This document shows positions 11,195 through 20,362 of a DNA stretch of 64,000 nucleotides, piece after piece. The first letter of the stretch is position 1, and each line of letters begins with the position of its first letter. The DNA lies in contig JAQWMJ010000040.1 in NCBI GenBank assembly GCA_029246845.1, positions 32,001 through 96,000 on the forward strand, given 5' to 3'. The notes under the pieces are model-generated. The model was not told the DNA's origin. It saw nothing but the letters and a program-made list of their open reading frames with translations, and searched no databases. The translations under genes and the position numbers were made by a program. This stretch comes from Thermodesulfobacteriota bacterium (lineage in GTDB: Bacteria > Desulfobacterota_D > UBA1144).

Positions 11195-14100
11195 ATGAAA
11201 TTAATTGAATTTTCTGTTAATAACCCTGTATTTTCAAACCTCTTAATGGCTACAATTATAATCTTTGGTCTTTACGTAGGAATGAATTTACCAAAAGAAT
11301 TATTTCCGTCTATTGGGTTTGAGAGGGTAACAATTGTAACAATATATGAGAACTCTACAGCAGAAGATGTTGAAAAATTAATTACAATACCTATAGAAGA
11401 CCAAATCTCCGGTATCTCCGGTATAAAAAAAATTACTTCAACTTCATCTGAGTCTAGATCGTTTATTGTTGCAGAACTACTTCCAAATGAAGATATTAAA
11501 GAAATAGCCCAAGAAATTAGATCCGAAGTTTCTCAAATAAGAAATGATTTACCCGAAGATATAGAGGATCCTATAACAAACGAAGTAGAGGCTAGCGCAC
11601 CATTAATCAACGTATCAATTGGAAGTAAGGGTGATGAAAATGAATTAAGATTTTATGCTACAAAGCTTAAAGATAAGCTAGAAAAGCTAGAAGAAATTGA
11701 TGGGCTTATCGAATCCGGATATGGGGATTTAGTTTTCTGGATCAACATTGACCAAAAAAAATTACTGCAATATGAGCTTAGTTTAAATGAAATTATATCA
11801 ACTATTAAATCGAAAAACATTGATCTTCCTGCAGGAGCAATTGAAACAGGTGAGCAAGAGTACACAATAAGAACTAAGGGTAAGATAGAAAGTGTTTATG
11901 AGCTAGCAAATGTTCCATTAAATAAGAGGTTTAATAAAATTCCATTAATTCTTGGTGATATTGCTACAATCGAGCTAGGTCAAGAAAAAGATTTATCGCT
12001 TTCTAGAATAAATGGATTTAAATCTGTTTCTTTTTGGATAGATAAGCAAAAAAATAAAGATGCCATCAAATCTGTAAAAAAAATCAAGGAGACTGTTGCT
12101 TCTTTCGAAGAAACTTTACCAAATGACGTAAAAATATTTATATCAAATGATTCATCATATTGGGTAAAAGGAAGATTTCAGTCTATGGTCAAAACTGGTG
12201 TGTTCGGCATATTGGCAGTCCTTATTATCTTAGCTTTATTTTTAGATTTTAGATCTGCATTTCTTGCTGCACTGGGGCTTCCAGTTGCATTCTTTGGCGC
12301 CTTTATAGTTATGCAATACACCGGAGCAAGTCTGAATGTAATTACTATGTTTGGATTAATTATGGTATTGGGAATAGTAGTTGATGATGCCATAATTGTT
12401 GTTGAAAATGTAAAGAGACATATACAGAAAGGTCTGCAACCTAAAGAAGCCGCTATTGTAGGTACCAAAGAGGTAGCTTGGCCTGTTATTGCAACAATTT
12501 TGACTAATATAGCCTCTTTATTTCCAATCCTACTTGCAGAAGGAACTTTAGGTATTTTTCTATCTATTATTCCTCAAGTTGCAATCTTTGCATTAATATT
12601 TTCTTTAGTGGAAGCACTTACAATACTACCATCTCATTGTGCAGATTTTGTTAAAATAAGTAATGAAACAGGATTTATTGCAAGACTTTTTGGTAAATTT
12701 AGAAAGAAATATTTAGGTGCATTAATTACATCATTAAGATACCGATATTTTGTTATAGGCATGTCATCTACTCTCCTAGTTATTAGCTTTATTATACTTT
12801 TTAAAATCCCATTTGTTTTACTTTATGTATCTGATGTAAATCAATACCTTATTAAAGTTCAAAATCCCACAAATTATAGTTTAGATTTAACTAGTCAAAA
12901 ATCCCAAGAGATCGAAAGAATAATCTTGGATAATACTCCAAAAAATCTACTTAAGAACTCTTTGACGACGTTGGGTATTGATTTCTCAAAAAAACCACCT
13001 GTTTTTGGAGATCATGTTTCAAATATACTTATTCAATTTGAAGACTTTGAAAAAAGAAAGGAAAATGGACTCGACTCGATGAAAAGAATACAGGCTATTG
13101 TTGATGAGAAAATTGTAGGACCTGAAAGTATTAGCTTTGTTCAGACTGCTGGTCCCCCTAAGGGTAAGGATTTAGACGTTAGAATCATAGGGGATAATGT
13201 AGTTGTTTTAACAGAAATAAGTACAAAAATTAAGAAGTTTCTAAAGACCAAGAAAGGAGTTTATGGTGTTAGTGATGATTTATCCTACGGTAAAACCAAA
13301 TTAAATATTAATGTCGATGAACAAAAAGCATCACTATACGGACTTAGTACTTTAGATTTGGGAAGAGAGCTGAGAGCTATAGTTGATGGTCTAACTATAG
13401 ATGAAACTAGAATCAATGATGAAAAAGCCTATATAAAGATAAGAATTACAAACTCAATAAATAAAAAAGGTCCCTTAGATATATCTGGGCACTTAATTAG
13501 AACGGCGAATGGATCATATGTTCCCATATCAAATTTTACCAATACTACAGTTGATTCATCATTGGTAAGCATCTCAAGATACAATAGAGAAAGGGCTGCA
13601 AGTATTACAGCAGAAATCGACTCGGACATTACAACACCAAGGCAAACAATTGCAAGTGTAGTCACCTTTTTTAATGGTATTAAGAAAGATTATCCGGGAT
13701 ATAAATTAGCGTTAGATGGCGAAGAACAGGATACAAGAGAGTCTTTAGAGAGTGTTAAAAGAGCATCTATAATCTCAATACTAATTATTTATTTAATACT
13801 TGCAACGATCCTTAGGTCTTATGCTCAACCCCTCTTGATAATGTCGATTCTACCTTTCACAATAGTAGGTATTACTGTTGGAGTACTTTTAAGAGGTGAC
13901 CCTATTTCGATTACGGGATTAATAGGAATAGTTGCACTGTTGGGTGTTGTAATAAATGACAGCCTGATTCTTATGAATTTTATCAATAAAGGAATAAGAA
14001 ATAATAATTTTATATTTTCTATCTTCTATTCAGCAAAGAATCGATTTAGAGCGATAATCTTGACCACTCTCACAACCTTTGCAGGACTTTTTACACTAAT

Positions 14101-14263
14101 GTTTGAAACAAGAGGAGAAGCAGCGTTCCTAGCTCCAATGGCAATCTCTTTGGGGCTAGGATTAGTATTTGCCACTTTTATAACACTTTTCCTAATTCCA
14201 TGCCTCTATTTGTCTTTTGTCGATTTAAAGAGATATCTATCTAGAGCTATTTCATCAAATTAA
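11195..14263 (+). CDS. RND efflux permease (AcrB/AcrD/AcrF family)
   Basis: 1022 aa; GIVVDDAIIVVEN proton-relay motif; RFRAIILTTLTT. Confidence 0.93.
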   Translation: MKLIEFSVNNPVFSNLLMATIIIFGLYVGMNLPKELFPSIGFERVTIVTIYENSTAEDVEKLITIPIEDQISGISGIKKITSTSSESRSFIVAELLPNEDIKEIAQEIRSEVSQIRNDLPEDIEDPITNEVEASAPLINVSIGSKGDENELRFYATKLKDKLEKLEEIDGLIESGYGDLVFWINIDQKKLLQYELSLNEIISTIKSKNIDLPAGAIETGEQEYTIRTKGKIESVYELANVPLNKRFNKIPLILGDIATIELGQEKDLSLSRINGFKSVSFWIDKQKNKDAIKSVKKIKETVASFEETLPNDVKIFISNDSSYWVKGRFQSMVKTGVFGILAVLIILALFLDFRSAFLAALGLPVAFFGAFIVMQYTGASLNVITMFGLIMVLGIVVDDAIIVVENVKRHIQKGLQPKEAAIVGTKEVAWPVIATILTNIASLFPILLAEGTLGIFLSIIPQVAIFALIFSLVEALTILPSHCADFVKISNETGFIARLFGKFRKKYLGALITSLRYRYFVIGMSSTLLVISFIILFKIPFVLLYVSDVNQYLIKVQNPTNYSLDLTSQKSQEIERIILDNTPKNLLKNSLTTLGIDFSKKPPVFGDHVSNILIQFEDFEKRKENGLDSMKRIQAIVDEKIVGPESISFVQTAGPPKGKDLDVRIIGDNVVVLTEISTKIKKFLKTKKGVYGVSDDLSYGKTKLNINVDEQKASLYGLSTLDLGRELRAIVDGLTIDETRINDEKAYIKIRITNSINKKGPLDISGHLIRTANGSYVPISNFTNTTVDSSLVSISRYNRERAASITAEIDSDITTPRQTIASVVTFFNGIKKDYPGYKLALDGEEQDTRESLESVKRASIISILIIYLILATILRSYAQPLLIMSILPFTIVGITVGVLLRGDPISITGLIGIVALLGVVINDSLILMNFINKGIRNNNFIFSIFYSAKNRFRAIILTTLTTFAGLFTLMFETRGEAAFLAPMAISLGLGLVFATFITLFLIPCLYLSFVDLKRYLSRAISSN

Positions 14264-14785
14264 TTCAGAAATATTGAATATTGGATCATACTCAATATTA
14301 AGCTTTGAGAACTTCTCTCTTGCTCCCATTTCCCTATCAACGATTGAAAGGATAAGCCCTACCGTTGATCCTTGTTTTTCTATTTCACTAATGGCAGAAA
14401 TTATGGAGCCACCTGTTGAAACAACATCTTCAACTATAACTACCTTGGAGTTGTCTAAAGTTGGTCCTTCTATCACTTTCTTAGTACCATGCTTCTTCTC
14501 TCCTGACCTAACAAGAAATCCTTTTAAGGCCTTCTTCTCGTTGTATGACTTATTAAGAATGGCTCCCACTATTGGATCAGCACCTATAGTTGGGCCTCCA
14601 ACATAGATCAAATTGCTAGCAATAATCTTTTTATAAAAAATATCTGCAATACTTCCAAGTGATTCAGAAGAAAGTGTACTAATTCTTGCATCTATATAAT
14701 AAGAACTTTTTTCTCCAGATGAAAGAGTAAAATTTCCCTTTAGAATAGAATTCTTTTTTAAATATTCTAATAAAAAGTTTTTCAT
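14255..14785 (-). CDS. pyrE: Orotate phosphoribosyltransferase
   Basis: GNFTLSSGEKSSYYID, KKHGT, VIVEDVVSTGGS PRPP motif. Confidence 0.95.
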   Translation of the reverse strand: MKNFLLEYLKKNSILKGNFTLSSGEKSSYYIDARISTLSSESLGSIADIFYKKIIASNLIYVGGPTIGADPIVGAILNKSYNEKKALKGFLVRSGEKKHGTKKVIEGPTLDNSKVVIVEDVVSTGGSIISAISEIEKQGSTVGLILSIVDREMGAREKFSKLNIEYDPIFNISELI

Positions 14786-14823
14786 TTTTAACAGTTCTTA
14801 TTATTTTGAGTTAAAATAAAGAT

Positions 14824-16137
14824 ATGTCAAAGTTTCCTCCAGGTTTAGATAAAGCAATAAATCATTCTTACTTAAACGCACTTTATGAGCGAAGGTCAAG
14901 AAGATTTCCTTTGGGCGGTGAGATTGACGAAGGTCCACTTCAATACAAATCAAAACATTCACCTATTCCTCTTAGTGAATTAGAAGAGGCAATCCTTGCT
15001 TGGAACGGGCTTGGGATTAAAAATATAAATCTATCTGACTTTCCCCCACATAAAGGTCTAGATTTAGAAGTTAAATTTATGAGTAAGACTATCCCCTCAC
15101 TAGGAGATATTCATAGAACAGAATTATTTTATACAAACGATGATGGTCTATACTTGTTAAAATTAAATGATAAAGATGCGCCCGACTTAAAAGGATTAGA
15201 GGGGCTAAAAAAAGAAGACAAGATTGAAAAAATATTAGAGCTTTTTAGGGAATCAAGAATTAAAATTCATGATGGGCGAGCTAAAATACCTGACGTGCCT
15301 CCTGGCCTTGCAATTCATAATACATGGAGCGTAAATAAGCCTGGAACATCTTTATTCATGCCTGTCACAGACTTGTCAGCTGGTTTAATTAATATCTTGT
15401 TCTTTTATATGAGAGAAGGTCATAGATTCAATTTTGTTGACGAATTAAATAAAATGAAACCTGCTGGAACCCAAAAATGGATTGATAACGGTTACATTAA
15501 AAAAACAAATCCCATACCTTTAATTGAAGCTGAGCTGAGATTTGCAAATGGATACATTGCCGAACAACCTTTATTTTGTCAAAACGTTGTTTTAACTCAA
15601 CAAATTTTAGGGTTAGGTGGTTGGATGTTTAGTGGTTTTCAAAGTCGTCATATATTAGGTGCAGATGACGCCTTTAAAGGTTTAGGCTTTACTTGTGTTG
15701 AAGCCAAAGATCAGGGTGAAGACTGGGGAGCTGCAGTTTCCAAAGCTCCAGTTGGACTAGATGGACACTTTGAGTCCTTTTGTCCACCATACTATAAGAA
15801 CATGTCTGAAGCTGTCGATGCATTTAATGAAATGAAATGGGGCAATTGGGATTCAAAATATATGCCTTACAAAGACCCAACTGGTGTCTTAAATGCTACC
15901 CCTAAACCAAGCAAAGAAGAGGTCCAGATTGTAAAAGATATATGTAATTATATATTTGATACCTACGGAAAATTTCCAGGCTTTTCAGATCCAATGTATT
16001 GCCGTATGATGGTTCAGAACCACCATATCGATTTAGATTTTTATGATAAGTTTTATCCAGAAGGTGCTTATACTGAGGCGCACAAAAATCACTTTGCACT
16101 TTGGCATCCTGAGATAGATGATCCTTTTAAAAAATAA
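14824..16137 (+). CDS. Uncharacterised nitroreductase-superfamily (SagB-like) protein
   Basis: RRSRRF FMN-binding-like motif; KTIPSLGDIHRTELFY and QNVVLTQQILGLGGWMFSGF resemble SagB/nitroreductase motifs. Confidence 0.55.
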   Translation: MSKFPPGLDKAINHSYLNALYERRSRRFPLGGEIDEGPLQYKSKHSPIPLSELEEAILAWNGLGIKNINLSDFPPHKGLDLEVKFMSKTIPSLGDIHRTELFYTNDDGLYLLKLNDKDAPDLKGLEGLKKEDKIEKILELFRESRIKIHDGRAKIPDVPPGLAIHNTWSVNKPGTSLFMPVTDLSAGLINILFFYMREGHRFNFVDELNKMKPAGTQKWIDNGYIKKTNPIPLIEAELRFANGYIAEQPLFCQNVVLTQQILGLGGWMFSGFQSRHILGADDAFKGLGFTCVEAKDQGEDWGAAVSKAPVGLDGHFESFCPPYYKNMSEAVDAFNEMKWGNWDSKYMPYKDPTGVLNATPKPSKEEVQIVKDICNYIFDTYGKFPGFSDPMYCRMMVQNHHIDLDFYDKFYPEGAYTEAHKNHFALWHPEIDDPFKK

Positions 16138-16274
16138 TTAAACTAGATTGTTAGTATAAAAATAGGAATCACCAAAAGCACAATAAAATTTAAAAGACAT
16201 CCGTATGGTAAGAAAGACAGCATAATCACCAGTAATAATAGCTACTATATTATTAGTTTACTATGTTAAATTAC

Positions 16275-17273
16275 CTAATCCCAGTCTAAAGAACCCGCAG
16301 TTTGATACTCTGTGACTCTTGTTTCAAAGAAGTTCTTCTCTTTTGATAAATCAACAGATTGAGACATCCATGGAAAGGGATTGTCAGTTTCGTAAACTTT
16401 AGAAAGCCCTATCCTTTCAAGTCTTCTATCTGCGATATACTCCACATATTCACAAAACTGCTCAGGATTAATTCCAAGTAGCCCATTAGGGATTGCATCT
16501 AATGCGTATTTCTTTTCATGGTCTACAGCCTGAACAATTAAATCTGTTATTTTCTTTTGAACATCATCAGTCCATATACCCTTATTCTCTTCTTTTATTG
16601 TATTAATCAAATCACATCCGAATGCGAGATGGATACTTTCGTCTCTCATTATATACTCAAACTGCTCCCCAATTCCCACCATTTTATTTTGCCTTTTAAG
16701 AGCAAGCATCATTGCAAATCCCGCATAAAAGAAAATTCCTTCCATTATCACGTAATATCCGACTACGTCTTGGAGAAAAATCTTAATATCCTCATCTGTT
16801 CTTAGTTCAAAATTAGGATCCATAATTGATTTTGTCAGACCAACTACATAATCATCTTTTTCTTTTATAGAAGGAATAGTTTCATACATATTATATATAT
16901 ATTCGGGATCTAGACCCAAAGTATCGCAACAGTAAATAAAAGTATCTGTATGTACTGCTTCTTCGTATGCTTGTCTTAGAAGATACTGTCTTGCCTCAGG
17001 ATTAGTAACGTGTTTATAAACTGTTAAAACAATATTGTTTGCTGTTAAGGACTCTGCCGTTGAGAAAAAACCTAAATTCCAAAGAATCATTCTCTTTTCA
17101 ATGTCAGATAAAACATCAGGGGATTTCCACTGCTCGACATCTTTTTGCATTGAAATCTCTTCGGGAGTCCAGTTGTTTGCAACTCCATCTTTATAGTGCT
17201 CCCTAGCCCACATATATGTCATTGGGAGAATCTTATTAGGATCTGTCTTCGAATCATTGCTTAAAATAGTCAT
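16275..17273 (-). CDS. nrdB: Ribonucleotide reductase beta subunit, class Ic (R2c) signature
   Basis: STAES (E74), EEAVHTDTF (E105, H108, F112), MEGIFFY, RDESIH, EKNFFETRVTEYQ. Confidence 0.93.
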   Translation of the reverse strand: MTILSNDSKTDPNKILPMTYMWAREHYKDGVANNWTPEEISMQKDVEQWKSPDVLSDIEKRMILWNLGFFSTAESLTANNIVLTVYKHVTNPEARQYLLRQAYEEAVHTDTFIYCCDTLGLDPEYIYNMYETIPSIKEKDDYVVGLTKSIMDPNFELRTDEDIKIFLQDVVGYYVIMEGIFFYAGFAMMLALKRQNKMVGIGEQFEYIMRDESIHLAFGCDLINTIKEENKGIWTDDVQKKITDLIVQAVDHEKKYALDAIPNGLLGINPEQFCEYVEYIADRRLERIGLSKVYETDNPFPWMSQSVDLSKEKNFFETRVTEYQTAGSLDWD

Positions 17274-17293
17274 TATGCACTCCTTAAATTATA

Positions 17294-20095
17294 TTACTGA
17301 CAAGCTTCACAGTCTGGGTCCATTATACTACATGCACTTGCGACTTCTGACCCTGGCCTTTCTGACTGTGCTTCTTTCTCCTGATTATCTTCAGGAATTT
17401 CTTTGTACTCTCTTTTTTGAGTATAACCAAATTTATTAGCATCAAGTGTAGATTTTTCAATCTGTGTTGCTGCTAATGTTCTTAGATAATAAGTTGTCTT
17501 AAGTCCAAGCTTCCAGGCTGCAGTATAAATCTCACTTAACAGCTTGCCTGAAACGCCTTGCATAAATATGTTATGAGATTGGCTTTGATCAATCCACTTA
17601 CCTCTAACTGAAGTATGCTTAAGTAGAGTAAGTGGGCTAATTCCAAATGCCTCTTTATGCTTTTCCTTTAAGTCCTCGGGAATTTCAGAAATCTGATCTA
17701 AATTTCCGTCAAAATATTTTATTTTTTCTAACATATCTTTAGACCAAAGATTTAAATCTTTTAAATCTTTGACTAAATATGAGTTAACAACAGTAAACTC
17801 ACCGCTTATGTTTGATTTAACGTAAATATTTTTATATATTGGTTCAATACATGGAAAGCATCCTGCAATATTAGAGATTGTTGCGGTAGGAGCAATAGCC
17901 ATTGTATTAGAATTTCTCATTCCATGCTTTTTGACCTTTTCTTTTAACTCTTCCCAGTCCATTGAGGTTATCTTGTTAACATCTATATGGTCGCCTCTTT
18001 CCTCTTCTAACATTGTCAGAGTATCAAGAGGGAAAATTCCCCTATCCCACTTTGAGCCCTTAAATGTTTCATACGAACCTCTCTCTTTTGCTAACTCAGA
18101 AGAGGATTCAATTGCATTATAGGAAATAAATTCCATCAATTGATCTGAAAAATTTAGTGCTTTAGGAGACTCAAAGGATAAATTACATTTAAAAAGCGCA
18201 TCCTGAAGGCCCATGATTCCCATACCTATTGGCCTATGTTTAAAGTTCGAATTTTCTGCTTCAACTGTGGGGTAGAAATTTAAGTCAATAACATTATCAA
18301 GCATTCTAATTCCAGTCTGAACGGAGTCTTTAAGTAAGTCTTTATCCAATTTACCATTAACGATATGTTTAGAAAGGTTAATGGAGCCTAGATTGCATAC
18401 TGCTGTTTCATCTGCAGAGGTGTTCAGCGTAATTTCAGTACATAGATTAGAACTATGAACCACCCCAACATGGTCTTGAGGGGATCTAACATTACAAGCG
18501 TCCTTAAAGGTTATCCAAGGATGTCCTGTCTCAAAGATTCTAGTGAGCATCTTCTTCCACAAATCAGGGGCATGTATCTTCTTATGCTTTTTAATCTTCC
18601 CTTTTAAGACCCCATCTTCATATCCTAGATATGCCTCTTCAAATTTACTCCCATATAAATCGTGTAAGTCAGGTACCTCTTCCGGAGAGAATAAGGTCCA
18701 ATCTTTCTTCTCTACGACTCTTTTCATAAATAAATCAGGAATCCAATTTGATGTATTCATATCATGAGTTCTTCTTCTATCATCACCGGTATTTCTTCTC
18801 AAATCTAAGAAGTCTTCGATATCTAGATGCCATGTCTCAAGATAAGCACATGTAGCACCTCTTCTTTTCCCGCTTCTATTGATTGCGACCGTTACATCAT
18901 TTGCAATTTTTAAGAATGGAACAACTCCTTGGCTTTCAACATTAGTACTTTTTATTTGAGATCCTGTTGCCCTAATGTTAGTCCAATCATTTCCCAATCC
19001 TCCTGACCATTTAGACAACTGTGCATTATCACCTACGCATTTAAAAATGTGAGATAAGTCATCAGAAACAGTAGTTAAGTAACAGGAGCTAAGTTGAGGA
19101 TGTGGTGTTCCTGAATGAAAGAGTGTCGGAGTAGATGAAACAAACTCCATTGAAGATAGCTTATTGTAGAATTCAAGCGCCCTGGAATCTTTGTTTTTTT
19201 CGTTAATTGAGATGCCCATAGCAACTCTCATCCAAAATGACTGTGGAAGCTCAAACTTTCTACCTTCATGGTTCAGAAGATATCTTTCATACAATGTCTG
19301 AATCCCAATAAATTCAAAAAGCCCATCCCTCTCTATTTCAATAGAGTTAGATAACTTCTCTAGATCAAACTCTAAAAGCTTATCGCTAAGGTAGCCCTTC
19401 TTTACACCGAGTCTTATTCCATCGATAAATGATTCTTTATATTGAGGCTCCAAGGTGTCTTCTGTTACGGAAATCTCCATCCCTTCTTTGTAAAGTCTTT
19501 GCAAGAATAGGCCCGCTGAAACCTTACTATAATCTGGGTCTCTCTCGATAAATGTGGTTGACGCTAAAATCAAAGCTCTCTCTAAATCTTCAGTTGTGGC
19601 TCCATCGAATATATTCCTGGTCAATTCTTTAACTATTGAGTCAACAGAAGTTGTATCTGGATATTTTTCACAAATCCTTGAAACTGTTTTTCTAATCTTT
19701 TGGGGGTTAAAAAGGACATTTACCCCATCCTTTTTTCTAATCTTGAGCTTACCTAACTCGGCTTTTTGAGATATTTTTTCTTTTTGCTTTTCTCTTTCCT
19801 TCGATCTTTCTGACCTGTATATAATATATCTTCGAGCTACGGTAAATAAATCAGCTCTAATGAGATGTTTTTCAACTATATCCTGAATATTTTCGACATT
19901 AGGGTAGAACTCTAGGAATCTTGATTGAATTTCTTCTTCAATATTATCTACTATCTCATTTGAGTTCACATTAGAGCTTTCACTCTCGCTACCCGCGTTG
20001 ATAGCGGCATTTATTGCATTTAAAATTCTGGCTGAATCAAATTTAACTAATTCTCCCGACCTTTTCACAACTAACAACTGTTCAATTTGATTCAT
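17294..20095 (-). CDS. nrdA: Ribonucleotide reductase alpha subunit with two N-terminal ATP cones
   Basis: SSCYL, SSNLCTEI, VCNLGS, TTYYLR, C-terminal CEACQ; cones start at VVKRSG and IRKKDG. Confidence 0.96.
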   Translation of the reverse strand: MNQIEQLLVVKRSGELVKFDSARILNAINAAINAGSESESSNVNSNEIVDNIEEEIQSRFLEFYPNVENIQDIVEKHLIRADLFTVARRYIIYRSERSKEREKQKEKISQKAELGKLKIRKKDGVNVLFNPQKIRKTVSRICEKYPDTTSVDSIVKELTRNIFDGATTEDLERALILASTTFIERDPDYSKVSAGLFLQRLYKEGMEISVTEDTLEPQYKESFIDGIRLGVKKGYLSDKLLEFDLEKLSNSIEIERDGLFEFIGIQTLYERYLLNHEGRKFELPQSFWMRVAMGISINEKNKDSRALEFYNKLSSMEFVSSTPTLFHSGTPHPQLSSCYLTTVSDDLSHIFKCVGDNAQLSKWSGGLGNDWTNIRATGSQIKSTNVESQGVVPFLKIANDVTVAINRSGKRRGATCAYLETWHLDIEDFLDLRRNTGDDRRRTHDMNTSNWIPDLFMKRVVEKKDWTLFSPEEVPDLHDLYGSKFEEAYLGYEDGVLKGKIKKHKKIHAPDLWKKMLTRIFETGHPWITFKDACNVRSPQDHVGVVHSSNLCTEITLNTSADETAVCNLGSINLSKHIVNGKLDKDLLKDSVQTGIRMLDNVIDLNFYPTVEAENSNFKHRPIGMGIMGLQDALFKCNLSFESPKALNFSDQLMEFISYNAIESSSELAKERGSYETFKGSKWDRGIFPLDTLTMLEEERGDHIDVNKITSMDWEELKEKVKKHGMRNSNTMAIAPTATISNIAGCFPCIEPIYKNIYVKSNISGEFTVVNSYLVKDLKDLNLWSKDMLEKIKYFDGNLDQISEIPEDLKEKHKEAFGISPLTLLKHTSVRGKWIDQSQSHNIFMQGVSGKLLSEIYTAAWKLGLKTTYYLRTLAATQIEKSTLDANKFGYTQKREYKEIPEDNQEKEAQSERPGSEVASACSIMDPDCEACQ

Positions 20096-20108
20096 TCATA
20101 GTCTCCTT

Positions 20109-20207
20109 CGTTAAGTGAATTTTTAGAGGCAAGGAAAAGCTTAACGGGGTGCAAAAGGGGAATTTAAACTTAATCCTTGCCCCGGTTAGTCCATAATCAC
20201 TCTAAAA
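20109..20207 (-). ncRNA. Candidate structured cis-regulatory RNA in the nrdA 5' leader
   Basis: GC-rich patch with four complementary segment pairs, some mutually exclusive, ending next to the AAGGAG RBS (20103-20108). Confidence 0.4.
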
Positions 20208-20232
20208 CCTATCTAACCTTTTAGTACACAAT

Positions 20233-20280
20233 TAACTATATATTGTGATTATAAATTCATTAAACCACTATATGTGGTAT
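20233..20280. promoter_or_regulatory. Tandem NrdR boxes
   Basis: taaCTATATATTGtga (20233-20248) and ccaCTATATGTGGtat (20265-20280) match acaCwAtATaTwGtgt, lie 32 bp apart and sit upstream of nrdA. Confidence 0.85.
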
Positions 20281-20287
20281 GAGTCAA
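20259..20287 (-). promoter_or_regulatory. Sigma70-type promoter of nrdAB
   Basis: TTGACT (20287-20282), 17-bp spacer, TTTAAT (20264-20259); the spacer is occupied by one NrdR box. Confidence 0.65.
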
Positions 20288-20362
20288 GCAAATCTTAAAT
20301 CATTTTTTTATTTAGTTAAAAAATCAACAATGTGAGGAGTTTAGGTAGAAAAGAGGTGGTCG

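Noticed and set aside
11405..11424. 9-bp tandem duplication ATCTCCGGT x2 in the RND permease
   Set aside because: In-frame (ISGISG), only two copies, with no sign of a contingency locus
10103..14263. RND pair lacking an outer-membrane channel gene
   Set aside because: Common arrangement; a TolC-like channel is usually encoded elsewhere
14824..16223. SagB-like gene plus small ORF as a RiPP (azole peptide) cluster
   Set aside because: No YcaO, E1-like protein, protease or transporter; the small ORF is convergent and not Cys/Ser/Thr-rich
16275..20095. Inteins or introns in nrdA/nrdB
   Set aside because: Both ORFs are continuous and of normal length; the extra NrdA length is explained by the second ATP cone
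20145..20190. Resemblance of AAAAGGGGAA...AATCC...GCCCCG to a cobalamin riboswitch core
   Set aside because: It is on the strand opposite to nrdA and lacks the ACTG, GCCACTG and B12-box elements
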